Shown here piece by piece: positions 1-15,134 of a DNA stretch of 64,000 bases. The stretch comes from Eledone cirrhosa (Eukaryota): positions 31,558,001-31,622,000 of the forward strand of contig OZ024743.1 of NCBI GenBank assembly GCA_964016885.1. Reading direction: 5' to 3'. Within the stretch, counting starts at the first letter, position 1; each line of letters starts with the position of its first letter. Below the pieces are notes generated by a model, which saw only the letters and a program-made list of their open reading frames with translations, ran no database searches and was not told where the DNA came from. A program made the translations under genes and the position numbers.

Positions 1-2980
1 TGGCCCAGGCCATGTCTAACTTAATAGCACCACCTGGCGAAGTCTTTCAATTCAGGATTTGGGCACCATGGCCCATTTGAGAAGAGAATTACTGTTTGCG
101 GAGACATATCCGGGTGTGGGTGGTTTGTCCGGGATTACTTGGACGAATTTGTCCAAAGACTTCTTGAATTTTGTGTGGTCAGTTTCTGTTTTGACGTGTC
201 CTGGTGTGATGTTGAAGAGAGCAGGGCCAATTGAGGTTAAATAATTGTGCCGTATTGTTGTTTTGAGTTGCGATTTAGATTTTTGTTTGGGACGGATAGC
301 ACGGGGCCCAAGCCGTGGGTGTAATTTGAAGGTGATGCCAACATCATTTGGGCAGTGATGATGAAACATTTTCCACATCATGCAGATAATATAACGCTCA
401 CGGCGACGCTGAAGTGAGTAAAGTTTCAGCTTTTCTAGTTGACCCCAGTAGTCAAGGTCTGACATGCCATCTATCTTTTTCGTGATTGCCTTTTGGGGAG
501 CTTCAAGTTTCATGATACTTTGTTTCGTGTGGGGAGACCACAGTGGACAACAGTATTCAAGGTGTGGTCGGGCAAAAGTAGAGAAGAGAAGGATAATGGT
601 GTGGGAATCTCTCGACTGGAAGGTTCTGAGGATCCAGGAAGACATTCTGCGGGCCATGTCAACTTTGCTGCTTATATGCGTGGCCCAGCTTATGTTGCTG
701 TCCACGGTTACTCCCAAGTCTCTGATGTTGTTAGATGCCACGAGAGTTTCACCGGGGGGAAGGGAGTACGGGAGTTTCAGAGCATCCACTTTTCCAAAGT
801 GGATCAGTTCGAATTTTTCTTCGTTCAGTAACATGTTGTTCTTTTCCGCCCATTGGGTAACAGCCAGTAAGTCTGACTGAAGGCTTATCCGGTCATCCAC
901 GCCATTGATGACCTTTTGGAGCTTGGAATCATTAGCGAAAATTCTAATGTTGCTGTGTTTGATGATGTCAGTGATGTCATTAATATAGATGATGAAGAGA
1001 AGTGGGCCCAACACAGTGCCTTGTGGGACACCGCTACTGACATTGACTGGGCTGGATTTGACTCCTTCGACTACATGTTCGGTTCTGTTTGACAGAAAGC
1101 TCTTGATCCACTGCAGCAGCTTTCCAGTGACACCAATATTGGACAGCTTTCTCAGTAGAATGTTGTGATCAACCCTGTCAAAGGCCTTGTTGAAATCAAG
1201 GTAGAAAACATCAGTGTTGGAACCCTCTCCCAAGGCTCTCAAAATGTCATCAAAGTGATGCAGTAGTTGCGTCAGGCAATCCCTTCCATTACGGAATCCA
1301 TGCTGGTGGGAGTTCAGCATATTGTTACTCTCAAGGAAGTGAGTCATTCGCGATCTCACCACTCTCTCAAATACCTTAATGATATGAGAGGTGAGTGAGA
1401 TTGGACGGTATTTCACGGTAAGGGATTTGTTTCCTTTTTTGAAAACTGGGACAACAGACTTGGATAGAAGGTTTTCTGGCACATATCCAGCATCCAGTGA
1501 ATTCCGCCACAGATTGGCAAGAGGAGATGCAAGTTGGTGTTGACACGCCTTCAAGACACAAGCAGGGAACCTATCGGGACCTACTGCTGAATTATGCTTG
1601 ATTTCCTTTATTGCCGCTAAGACATCAGAGGCGCCAAACGTTATGACCGATAAGGTGTAATGGGGAGTAACATCGCCGATACAGCCCAGATCGGCCATAT
1701 CAGGATTGCTGAAAACAGAGCAGTATTGTTTCTGCAGTATCTCACCCATGGTTTTAGCATCGTCTTGAAGAGTGCCATTTTCATCAATTAGAGGGCCAAC
1801 AGTGGAGCCAGTGATTTTGTGTTTTTTTGCAAATGAAAAGAACACTTTGGTATTGAGTTTGATCTTCTCAATGGCCCAGGCCTCTTCAGCTCTTCTCTGA
1901 TTGTTGATGAGAGACATCATGTTGTTTTGGAGGTTATGTTTTTTTAATCTCTAGTTGATGTGTTGCTGCTGACAGTATTTCAGCTTGTTGATTTTTTTGT
2001 TCGTTCTCTTAATTTTCCTGATGAGCGTTTTTCTATTTCTAGGGATTCTGCTCTTAGATTTGTTTATAGTTCTTAATGGGGTGTGTTTTTGCACATATGT
2101 TTGTAACAGTGTCCACAAATGTCTGCCAGGACTTTTTGATGTTAGTGGGTGTATGAGTGTGCGTGAAGGACCAGTCGACATGTGCAAGATCATGACTGAT
2201 CGCTTCCCAGTTTGCAATGAGGAAATCCATAGCGTCAAACGGATGGACAGGAGATATGACATTGGGTTTGTATATTGGACGGTGGAATCTCAGATCACAG
2301 AGAACCATGTCATGATCAGAGAGTAGAGTTTTCTCCACTGCAATATTGTGGATATTGTCAGTGTGATTGCTGAAAATTAAGTCTAGGACGTTTTTGTGGC
2401 ACCTCGTTGGTTTCGAGCACCAGTTGGGACAGGAACAAATCATCCATGAAGTCAAGAAGCGATTCCACTGCTTCCCTGTCAGGGGTTGAGGCAGAAGAAC
2501 CTGGTGGCAGGCTGTTTGTTGACCAGTCAACTCCGCGGAGGTTGAAGTCCCCCATCATTAAGATGTTGTCAGGGTGAAACTCTTGGATGAAACACTTTAT
2601 GCTGTTGAGGCATTCCTTGAAGCATGGTACAGGCGTTTGGGGTGGCCTATAGAGCCCAACTACTATTAGGTTGTTAGTTTGACTGAATACAGTGACTGCT
2701 TCGCAGTATCCATTAGTAAATATGTTCATAGCCTCTGTTGAGAAAGAATTATGGACATAAATGGCAGTCCCACTCTTTCTTCTGCCAGCGCGATCAGCAC
2801 GGATGACTTTGAAATTTTTCACATTCACCTCGGCTTCCAAGTGGAGGTTACTGAGATGGGTTTCAGTGAGGACGAAGAGAGGGGTGTGGTTTGGATGGAC
2901 ATCAACCCAGTCCTCCAGGAATTTGATCTTCCATTATTGAGTATTGGTGGAAGGGCTGATGCCTTGGACGTTAAGCAAAA
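1..2980 (-). mobile_element. CR1/L2-group non-LTR retrotransposon (APE endonuclease + RT), 5'-truncated and frameshifted
   Basis: APE pieces in ORFs 2358-2840 (VIRADR, GLYRPP, MGDFN) and 2054-2530 (LDLIF, SDHDMV). RT ORF 52-1920 has YRPISLTS, QHGFR, LDFNKAFD and SGVPQGTVLGPLLF. The 5' break abuts a (TA)n tract. Confidence 0.9.
52..1920 (-). pseudogene. LINE reverse transcriptase domain; catalytic FADD motif mutated to FAND
   Basis: 622-aa ORF with all RT motifs and a CR1-like C-terminus (YSLQRRRERY). RIFANDSK lacks the first catalytic Asp. Confidence 0.85.
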
Positions 2981-2982
2981 AT

Positions 2983-3484
<502 letters not shown>

Positions 3485-3487
<3 letters not shown>

Positions 3488-4304
3488 TATTTTCCGTTGT
3501 GTTGTAATATAAATATTACACACAGTAGATTATCAGCTCACGTAGAGTTTGCTCGACGGTTCCAGTTGTAGTTCCAAAAGTAATCCGGAGAAAAATAGAA
3601 AGATTTGAATGGATACAGTTTAGTTGAAAGGAATTTATTGACACGTGTTTCTATAACAGTTACATAACCTAAAACAGCTGCTATCTACAAACTTTTAGTT
3701 ATGCAGACATTCAATATTTCAATGTTATTATTTACTGTCATTTCATAAGAATAATATTACTGAGGACCTATTTAGTTTTTATAGAGAATATTAGGAGGGA
3801 GCGGTGAAGTTGTTAGAAGAATAGTTGAAGGAGTGGTTTTTCGATAGCAGTGAGAATTCTTGGTGGCAGTGAGTAATTAGATTCCCATCTGTTGTTTTGA
3901 CATTTTTTATAGAATATATTATTGGTTATTTTTCTAAATCTATAGAAGGATTAGAGATAGTAAAGATATGCGTGGTTGGTTTTGTGTTTGCACTTAATTA
4001 ACATTCAGACTTAAATTTTTCTTTCAAGTGTACGTATCCTTTCACCCACGCATTCACACGCAAATATATTTGCACACCTCTACAAAATACATATACACAC
4101 AATTCACATATTCATACTTACATATATATACACATGCATACACATATATACACACATGTATTTATGTATATACATACGCGCTCATGTGTATACATTTTCA
4201 TACTCAACTTATCTTTATATACACACGTATAGACACACACATATATACATACATACTCTAGTCCATGTGTACACACATACACATACATACACATCCATAT
4301 ACAC

Positions 4305-4338
<34 letters not shown>

Positions 4339-4341
4339 TTA

Positions 4342-4393
<52 letters not shown>

Positions 4394-4754
4394 TACACAT
4401 ACATACATATACACACATATACATATATATATATATATAAGCACTTTAATACATGAATACACTTACATCTAACTATACACATCAAACATATATATATATT
4501 TACTTATTTATATACATTTTCACATATATATACATACTTATGGACGTTTTTAGACACATCCATTATCGCATATTTGTACCTATTCTCATCAGCATATCTG
4601 TTCAATATTAGTATGGTAATTTAAGGTTATTAATATATGTTGAGAAGAGATTGTTTTTATATTTTTCTAACTAGATTAAGGTTTATATAGTTGGGGGATG
4701 TCCCTCTTTTATGTAATATTCGGCTTGTAGTGGGAAAAAAGGGTTTTAGTTCTG
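3485..4754 (-). mobile_element. PLE family A 3' end (last ORF codons + 3'UTR/pLTR), long terminus
   Basis: 3600-4754 is the reverse complement of about 25966-27125. HHR at about 3636-3755 has a mutated core (CTTATGA). Flanked by (TA)n. Confidence 0.85.
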
Positions 4755-4769
4755 TATATATATTTATAC

Positions 4770-4836
<67 letters not shown>

Positions 4837-4839
4837 CAT

Positions 4840-4907
<68 letters not shown>

Positions 4908-4917
4908 TTATACATAT

Positions 4918-5248
4918 AGTTATTTGCCAAGTAGCGTATGCCAAAGGTGCTCGATACTAGTGCCGGCAGTATTAAATATTCGAAGTGTTAATATTTAGTG
5001 GGCTAGAGATTTAGCAGAGCGTAAGCATGTGGGAAAGTAAAAAATCGGAGAATAGACCGTTAAAACATGTTTATTTAAAATATCACCTTTGATGTGGATT
5101 TAACCCCAAAAACTCTTTCCGAGCAATATAAGGAACACTTGTGATTATTTATGCCCTTGAGAAGCTTAACTGGGCGAGACGTAGGTAGGTGATATTTTAA
5201 ATAAACCTGTTTTAACGGTCTATTCTCCGATTTTTAACTTTCCCATAT
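4918..5248. mobile_element. PLE-terminus fold-back remnant
   Basis: About 60-bp inverted arms (5027-5089 / 5187-5248). Degenerate HHR TTGAGAA-gctt..gggc-GAGAC-gtag-GTA at about 5157-5188. (TA)n on both sides. Confidence 0.6.
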
Positions 5249-5265
5249 GTATATATATATACATA

Positions 5266-5402
<137 letters not shown>

Positions 5403-5468
5403 CGTAAAATAAGAAAATATTTTTTAAAAAATCTTAAAAAATTTTTTTAGTTACTTACTTAAATTTTC

Positions 5469-5550
5469 ACTCCAACTAATTAGTTTCTGCAATGGGATAA
5501 AGACAGTTACATAATCCAACTGTCGAGAATTCATTGCGTCATCAGGGAGT
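5469..5550 (-). ncRNA. Type I hammerhead ribozyme with branched stem II
   Basis: Minus strand: actcc-CTGATGA-c-gcaatg...(gacagtt/aactgtc hairpin)...cattgc-a-GAAAC-taatta-GTT-ggagt. Stem I actcc/ggagt; palindromic stem III. Confidence 0.8.
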
Positions 5551-6020
5551 CTATTCTCAGCTGAGCCTCCAGGCAATGCGCGGACACTAGCGGCTCATAT
5601 AAAAATAATAATTCGGTAGAAAGAACAGCTAGGCGAGGACTGGATTCTACGTACTGAAATTCTCACTGCTTCCAGTCTAATGTCCGATTCTTAAGAATCA
5701 ATCACGTGACATAGAGGCTAGTTAGAAGGAATGGGATGGTAAGATGACTGACGCCTACTAACACCCCAAAAAAATTTTGAAGTGGTTTTGGCAGGTTTGC
5801 TCGACAAATCAGTGATTTGGAGATAAATATAGATAATTTAATATATCAACTAACATAGGCGCACAGATGCACGTCCATGCCAGCAAATACACAGGTTATG
5901 TCATAGTACCTAGGTGGTTCAATGTAGGAGGGTGCAGAACAATAATATAAAAGACGTAAAATAAGAAAATATTTTTTAAAAAATCTTTAAAAATTTTTTT
6001 ACTTACTTACTTAAATTTTC

Positions 6021-6102
6021 ACTCCAACTAATTAGTTTCTGCAATGGGATAAAGACAGTTACATAATCCAACTGTCGAGAATTCATTGCGTCATCAGGCA
6101 GT
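6021..6102 (-). ncRNA. Second tandem HHR copy (one stem I mismatch)
   Basis: Same motif 552 bp away; stem I strand reads actgc instead of actcc. Confidence 0.75.
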
Positions 6103-6696
6103 CTATTCTCAGCTGAGCCTCCAGGCAATGCGCGGACACTAGCGGCTCATATAAAAATAATAATTCGGTAGAAAGAACAGCTAGGCGAGGACTGGATTCT
6201 ATGTACTGAAATTCTCACTGCTTCCAGTCTAATGTCCGATTCTAAAGAATCAATCACGTGACATAGAGGCTAGTTAGAAGGAATGGGATGGTAAGATGAC
6301 TGACGCCTACTAACACCCCAAAAAAATTTTGAAGTGGTTTTGGCAGGTTTGCTCGACAAATCAGTGATTTGGAGATAAATATAGATAATTTAATATATCA
6401 ACTAACATAGGCGCACAGATGCACGTCCATGCCAGCAAATACACAGGTTATGTCATAGTACCTAGGTGGTTCAATGTAGGAGGGTGCAGAACAATAATAT
6501 AAAAGACGTAAAATAAGAAAATATTTTTTTAAAAAATTTTTTAAGATTTTTTAAAAAATATTTTCTTATTTTACGTCTTTTATATTATTGTTCTGCACCC
6601 TCCTGCATTGAACCACCTAGGTACTATGACATAACGTGTGTATTTGCTGGCATGGACGTGCATCTGTGCGCCTATGTTAGTTGATATATTAAATTA

Positions 6697-6740
<44 letters not shown>

Positions 6741-6767
6741 CAAGCGTCAACGGAATTTAACATATAC

Positions 6768-6850
<83 letters not shown>

Positions 6851-6928
6851 AATATATATATATATATACACATATACATATATATGTATATATATATATA
6901 AATATATATATATATACACATATATATA

Positions 6929-6972
<44 letters not shown>

Positions 6973-6985
6973 TATATATATATGA

Positions 6986-7077
<92 letters not shown>

Positions 7078-7079
<2 letters not shown>

Positions 7080-8422
7080 CGAAGGAAATGTGGTAAGGAA
7101 CCAGGTGGACCATAACGCACCAAAGTACTCAATACTTGAGGTAGTAGAGGGGGTAATAGGAACCAGTAAGACCCCGACAGCTGAGCTCAAGCCGTTTCGA
7201 CGGCTAATTCTGGACTAAATGAAAATTTATCCTGGTATTTAAATAGCCGATCTTCTCAAGGGGTAATTCCATATATGGTCAAAGTGATTGTCAAAAATCA
7301 GTAGTAATTCTGTGGTTGCAAATTAGTAGGGGAGATGGTGGCTAAACCTGCCAGTAGGAGAAAGAGGGGAGGGGGTGGAGTAGACCCAATCAAGCGTTGG
7401 TAGTGCCAGCTACAGCTGGGCATGAGGTCAAAGAAGATACAGGGGAGGGGGAGGGGGAGAAAGTCGGAACGGTAGGTAGAACAATGGAGGGTAGAAATAT
7501 ATAGGAAAGAAAAAATACTGAGAGTGAAGAAAAGCAAATAGGTTTAAAGAAAAAAGTAAAGTAAATTAAATTCTACGACCGAGGTCTCTAGCTATTGTTA
7601 GGCTAGAATAAATAAATAAAGAAAGAAAGAAAGAAGTAAAGAAAGAAATAAAGAAATAACGAAATAAGTAAAAGAACTAGGTGGGACGGATTAGGCAAGG
7701 ACCCTTTTAAGAGGTATAAGTACGTAAATGATACGGTGACGGGTCAACAAAAGGGGCCAAAATACTAAAGAGACTACCACGAAATAAACAATAAAGGTTT
7801 CCATCCGGGCACAATGCCAGCAACCACCCAGTGCAGCAAAGTGAACTAGTACGAGATAATAATTCTGAGTCCCGAGAAAAATATATACTAATGCTAACTC
7901 TAAAAGATCTAAAACAAGCTACATGAAAGTTCGTACGAAGTAAAGGTAGAATACGGAAAAATAAATTCAGAATCCACCCCGCCCAAAAGAAAAGCGAAGA
8001 AAGAAATACTGAAACGAAAAAATAAGGCATAAGTGCCACTAAGAAATATAGAGGGCACAGAGAATGGTGGGAGCGGTCGGAAAAAGGGGACAAGTATCCG
8101 GGGTCTAAACCAACTGCTATAAAGGGCGGAGTCCGCCAAATCTATCATAGACTAGGGGGTGGGGTGGGGGTACTAAGGCTACAAGGGGCCAAAGGGCGGC
8201 CTCGGGTGGGCGAGAAAAGACGCCGACAAAGGAGAAGAGCTGGGGTAGAAGGACTAAGGAGAGAGGGGGGAAGGAAATAAAGGATGCGATAAAAGAATAC
8301 AAAGAAGATCTTACGTCTCCCTTGGCAAGCAGGGGTTACCCATTGCAAAATCGGCAAGTGGGGTGTTATAGCCCTAGTCTACCCCCCCCCCCCCGGGTCA
8401 TTATGGGGTTTGAGGGCGAGGT
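7078..8422 (-). mobile_element. PLE-like family B 3' region (long terminus) with HHR at 7171-7264
   Basis: Homologous to 17127-18541, 43661-43847 and 46952-47100. Minus strand: acccc-TTGAGAA...GAAAC-ggcttgagctcagct-GTC-ggggt. No linked ORF was recognised, so the PLE call rests on architecture. Confidence 0.75.
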
Positions 8423-8435
8423 ATATATATATATA

Positions 8436-8481
<46 letters not shown>

Positions 8482-8716
8482 CTCACATATCAAGATCAGG
8501 GCAATTTAACATAGGCAGGGTACATTTTAGTATGACGAAGTCGGTCGGCATGTGTTCTTGTTCGAATACTACCTCACAGATTGGGTATAATGCTACACAT
8601 TCATATATACTCAAACGCACATACATACATACATACATACATACATACATACATACATACATACATACATACATAAATTCACGCACGCCCCTATAGATAC
8701 ATATATATATATATAT

Positions 8717-8910
8717 ACGAGGGTCGGCTGAAAAGTTCATAGGCTGAAAAGCACATGGCCTAACACACTCTCATCGAATAAGCAAATGAGGTTTACTTTT
8801 CAACATGGAAAGAAACTATTCAATTTTTGATAAGACTTGAAATTTAGGTATACGAGATTTTTAGCATAAATCCTTCTTTGTCATCCTATGAATATACCAG
8901 CCGATGCTCA
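8717..8910. mobile_element. Tc1/mariner-type MITE, about 190 bp
   Basis: Starts (T)ACGAGGGTCGGCTGAAAAGTTCATAGGCTGA. Ends in a degenerate inverted copy (tcatcctatgaatataccagccgatgctc). TA flanks. Confidence 0.6.
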
Positions 8911-8929
8911 TATATATATACATATATAT

Positions 8930-8986
<57 letters not shown>

Positions 8987-9334
8987 CAGTGGTGGACTGG
9001 TCAGGTTGCCAGGTTACCCAATGGCAAGTGGGCCCACTGGGCCCCACGGTAGCATTACAAGAGCCCACAGTATCATTGCAGGCCCAGCTGTAATATTTTA
9101 GGGGACAATCCTTTGCTTTCAAAAAATACCTGAAATCTAAGAGAAAGAATAACATTTAAAAAAAAAAGTAAATAAAACAATTAAGCAAAGCATTTGGTCA
9201 ATAAAATCCACAGGGAATTAATAGAAACCAAAATATATGATAGTGCAAATACATGGAGTCAGTGGTTTTACATTCTACTAAACATACATATATAGACACA
9301 GACACACAACCATATATATATATAAATATATATA

Positions 9335-10200
9335 TCATCATCATCATCATCATCAGCATTTTACGCCCGTTCTTCCACGCTAGCATGCGTTAGACGGGTT
9401 GTCCTCTTGTGGGCAGTGTCCGGTCAGCTGACCTTGTCCTGCCCATACGGGAACTGATTCTGGTTTGATTTCTACAGCTGGATGCCCTTCCTAACACCAA
9501 CCTCATTTACAGTGAGTGTTGGGTGCTTTTTTTCGTGGCGCCTACACGTCCACTTTACAGTGAGAGCTGGGTGTTTTTTCGGCGTGGCACCTGCAAATGC
9601 ACACAGCATTTAATTCCTCTTATGCTCAGTCTCTCTCTCAATTCGTTTATGCTTTGTCGTTCGCGTATATTACTATTACACACCAATCTGAGCATGCAGG
9701 GTTCGTTTCTTTTCAATCTAGGCAAGTCTTCTATAGACAGCGCCCATGTCTCACTACCATGTAACATTGCTGTTCGTATACACGCATCATACTGTCTGCC
9801 TTTTATTTTGAGGGAAAAGCCCTTTGCAGCTAGCAGTGGCAGTAGCTCCCTGAACTTCTTCCATCCCGTTCTTACCCTAGTTATTGTACTTTCCGAACAC
9901 CCACCTCCGCTGCTAATTCGGTCACCTATGTATCAGAAGCTGCCTCCTGTTTGTACAGTTTGGGGGGTGCTTGTTTCCTCTGGCCGTTTGCTGCCTGCTC
10001 TCCCAGCTCAGCTGCTACATGTGAAGCCTACATTCTTAGTTAATCTTCCTGAGATCCCACTACGTCTCTTGTGTACCCATTTTTTTGCATTAGGAGCAGC
10101 GGATGGAGTTTCTGCCTACACCTAACATGATTGCCGCTCGGTCTAACCTGATTGCCACTCCTGTCTTACAACTCTGGTGAGACCCAGCATTGATTCCGAA
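9335..10200 (-). mobile_element. RTE-clade LINE 3' fragment with (GAT)n tail
   Basis: ORF 9555-9767 MLHGSETWAL...MLRLVC...ELRERL is the RTE post-RT region; (CAT)n tract at 9335. Confidence 0.75.
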
Positions 10201-12140
10201 AGAAACAAGAACGTGAAGATTTAACGTGATACATTAGGGAGTGAGTGGGTGTGATAATATTCTTAGCAATGTCCATAAAATGAAGTCTGTTTAATCACTC
10301 CTCTACAATTAATAATGTTCCACACGTCAATTCTAACATATATTATTGTATATTATGAACTAGAAAAATATGCTTGCTCCACGGTTATTTCACGTTATCA
10401 GACATAGTTGTCATGCTGAAAATTAAATCCTATCACAAAGAATATTTAATACAGGAGATGAGAGAAACTATATACATAAAGTATATTTAGCGTTATTTAA
10501 CTCAATTGAACACTTCCGTTTCCGAATTCCTTTTTTTAATATTGAAACAATTTGTCAATGAGTATTGTTTTACATATACTGCAAACTACTATAGATGTCT
10601 ATTGTCCTGACATTTTTGCGTTTCGTGTAGCCTGTATAGAGGCATGTTTTCTGTTTGAAAATCCGACGACGGATTATTAATCTATTATTAATCTATTTCG
10701 TATACCATTGAATAGAATCTACGCAAAAGCGATATTTATTCCCTGTTTTCTGCTGTGATTTCCTTTTCTTTGCTTTACTCTAGAATATCCTCTTCTCAGA
10801 CAAGTTGGAACTGTTGGTATTGCGTAATTACATTGAAATATATTGGTTCAGACTTTTTGCTATCGGGAGTGAATTAAACCGGACAGAGATCCGTGTACAA
10901 AAAGTTTGATAAAGCTTAAGCTTGTGTGAGTTAAGAGAAAAATTTCTTATATAGGGAATCATCAAAATCAGAGAAAAGATGACTCAAAATATACTCAATA
11001 TATAATTTGAAGTAAAAGTTTACTGGCAGAATTATTGCGCCCAACATTATTGACTAATACTTAGGTATACACTGGCATATCAAACACTATTAATATTTAG
11101 CTAATTCAGCCACCAATAAAACTTGATAGACTGAACTTGAGGTTGTGTTAGACACGATGACAATACAGAAAGAGCTCAGTATCCTACGTTTTATTGAAGC
11201 GTTTCAGTTTTCTGTGACAATGCAATTACTTTACACGTTCTCAGGTCAATAACCGTCTTCTACCGCTAACATTTTGCGTCATGCATTTTCGAATATCTAA
11301 CTGTTTGTAAACTTTATACAGATCAATAATTCTGAAGAATTATGGCTCATGTTTATAGTTACCTTTATGTCACACACGGATAAGCAGCATTTAATTCCAT
11401 CTCGTGAAAATGATATATAGAATATGCCTCCACGTAAATGTATCCCAGTACGTACAGAAAGTTTACATTACATTAAAGTTTGAATCCTTAGGTTTCTTTA
11501 ATAATGTTCTGTTTTTAATGTTCGCTGCATAACATAATGAATAATCTGAAGATTCCGAACGTGTGGAGGATGCCGCTTTGCAATTAATTGCGTATTTTGT
11601 TGCAATTTTGGCTTTTTATAGACAAACTGTTTATTGTATTCCCAGGATTGTCAATTACTTAGAAGCATTGACAATCTGCCGAATCAATGTATTAAATATG
11701 TTCTTCACATTTTTATTGCTCACACGTACTATCAATAACATAATATAATCCTTTAGAATCATTGGGTCAGATTCAGTATATAAAAGCTTCATAGTACAAC
11801 TGATGCAAATGGAACATGTAAATACTCTTGAAAATTATTGGTTGTTGTTCTGCGTATTGGTTATGGAATTGAAGATTTACAATTTGATGCGTAATATATA
11901 AATAACATTGTCATTACCATTTGCCCAATTGATCATTTCGTTTCTTTACTAAATACAGAGTTATGCTTATGAATCAAGATTGTATAACATAACAACTGTT
12001 AAGGTTCAGTTACAGAATACATTTTTGTCACGTTAGATTTACCGAATATATATATAGTTAAAAAATGAAGGTGAAAATGCACAGATATTTCTTCTTTAAT
12101 GCGATACAATGAATAATTTGATAATTTTTAATTTAAATAC

Positions 12141-12240
12141 AAAAATATGGAATACTTCACGAATGTCTGTGTCATTCATGTGCTGGGGCTATGCTATTCT
12201 TATCTGTATCTTTTCAAATTTAGAATATGTACTGCCGTAG
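12141..12240 (-). pseudogene. U6: U6 snRNA pseudogene
   Basis: The reverse complement cggcagtacatattctaaatttgaaaagatacagataagaatagcatagcccc...gacattcgtgaagtattccatattttt aligns with canonical U6. Many substitutions, including ACAGAGA to ACAGATA. Confidence 0.9.
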
Positions 12241-12704
12241 ATTACTGAAGCGTTCCATATTTTCTCAGATTTGATGCAGCAATTATAAAATTACTAGCAG
12301 AAAATCCACCTTTCCGGTGGTTTTCTGCTAGCATGTGTAGTGTGCATATTGATATTATACGCAAGTATATATACATGTAGATATGATAAATCAAATAAAA
12401 TCATAATTGACAATATACGCAGAAATTGATCGAAGATGTGTTACACTGTCTTATGTAATTAGTAACGTAATCCATGATACAGTTAAAAAACACGATATTA
12501 TATATAAACTGCATTAGGAGAAAATTAGTGACGGAAATATTGAATGTTTATTTAAGTGGTCGGTAATCGGAAGTGTTGACATTTGAAAATGTTAAAGAAG
12601 TGAATCTTTAAATAAGCAATGAAATATATTTAATCAAAAGCTACAAAATTTAGCACATAAATTATGTAATAGTCATTCATTATTTATTAATTTATTTATT
12701 TATT

Positions 12705-12890
12705 GGTGGATTGGCATTATCGGTAGAGGGTCAGACGCCATGCTTTTCACCAGAGTTACGTCCCTTTACGAACTGAGTTCAAATCCCGCCGGGGTAAACT
12801 TTGCCTCTCATGCTTACGGGGTCGATAAAATAAAGTACCAGTAATATACTGAGTAATTGCTGGTCTTGTGCCAAATGTAGAAACAATTAT
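12705..12890 (+). mobile_element. tRNA-derived SINE family 1
   Basis: A-box-like head, B box GAGTTCAAATCCC, and core ggggtcgataaaataaagtaccag; multiple copies in this window. Confidence 0.85.
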
Positions 12891-14385
12891 TTATTCAAAA
12901 TAATCCAACTTACTTTACAAACGGGATAAAAACATTAAATTCTGGATGCAGTCCCGCACTCCTTTCTTTATTTCAGTTAAGTTCACTCTGTTGGATTAAG
13001 GAAAATATAATCTTTGAATAATCTTCTGTGCATTTTCCCCTTTATGTTTAACTATAACTTGTGTTTTGTATGGACTTTACCTCTCTTTTCAACTATACAT
13101 ATATATCTCCCCTACCACCATGCATCGAAGCTATTATAACTGTGTAAAAATGCCTCGTGGTTTGCATGCTTCCTCTATTAACCATATAAATATATATATA
13201 TATCGCAGGAACCCCATAGAAACGAACTGTAACAACATTTGATGGAATTAGATAATAGCATTTTCTAAAGAACGCTCACACAACATTGTGAAAATATATA
13301 TTTTTGAACACTTATAATTTGATTTACCCCTCAGAAATCCAGTAGAGTTTCACTGAAACTCTAGAATGCCCTACAATGTGGCTGTTAATGCACATGATTT
13401 ATTTTGAATCTATTGTTGCAGAACAAGCCTGAAAAGTATGCTTTGTAGAGGTCTGTCATCAGGATTGAAGGGAATTTGAATAAGTTTAAACACGATTACA
13501 TGTAAACAAACATTTCATACAACATATAAGCAATAATGTAATGTAAGAAAGGGTAGTTACCAGTAGAAAAGTATAAATGCTAAATAGTAACGTAGGTTGA
13601 TACTCAAGAGACCAACTGTATGCACATGCATTAGTTAGACTTGTTTTATTCATTTTACTTCAAGACCTGAATTAATCTCATACATCAATTGTTTCCCTGC
13701 ATTCCTCTTCAATTTCACCACAATTTTTTTCCCATAGGTAGCTATTGCTATTTAATCCCAATTAACATGTTTGTCGATTTCAAACGATTACATTATTTTT
13801 TCTTATTTTTTCCAGCGATTAACGTATCATAATTACCTGTAAATAACTCACACCATCTGATGACGAGATAATCATCTTGACGTAAGTTAAATTTTTAAAA
13901 AAACGAAGTTGTTTTTCGTTTTTCAAAAAATGTTTCAGCTTCTTTAACACGAAGAGATAGTTCGCCAAAAGAAAAATATGAACTTGTATTGCTTTAGAAA
14001 TTCATAGATGGTGGTCTGTTTGTTTGTAATTATGTATTGAGATAATGTTGATGAAAAAGGGAATTGTGTAATAAATAGTATATGGTGTAATAAAAAGAGC
14101 TGCACCGAGAAAGAACTGCGTATCAATGAAGTAATTATAGTTGACAATTACATTCGTTAGACTAACGCCAATAAGGTGAACTAAAGAGACATATCGGTAC
14201 AAATACACCCACACGCATACACAGACATGCGCGGACGCAATGACTGTGTTTATCTTTAGGATAATGGTTGTCCAGATACCTGTACCATTATCCTTCTGCC
14301 TCATTAGTACAATTGACACAAATATATTCGCTATCATATTCGTCTACAATAATGTGCATCTAAATGTCTTTGAACGAAAACTTTT

Positions 14386-14764
<379 letters not shown>

Positions 14765-14986
14765 AAAGTACATAATACGAATGATTATCGTATATTTATA
14801 CGTAGCGAAAGTTTGGTTGTTCATTTTAGATACATACACTCTCATTCTCACACATACATGTAGACAAACTTACATGCACACACAGATACACACCTGAACA
14901 TACACACACATGTAAACAAAGTCAGACACACACATACGCATGCACCCAGACACACTCAGACACACACACACAAACACACACACACT

Positions 14987-15134
<148 letters not shown>

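Noticed and set aside
8986-9095. Possible hAT-type terminus CAGTGGTGGACTGG
   Set aside because: No matching second TIR or TSD identified.
13817-13881. Candidate plus-strand exon (ttccag...gtaagt)
   Set aside because: Stops in all three frames; no support beyond splice-like motifs.
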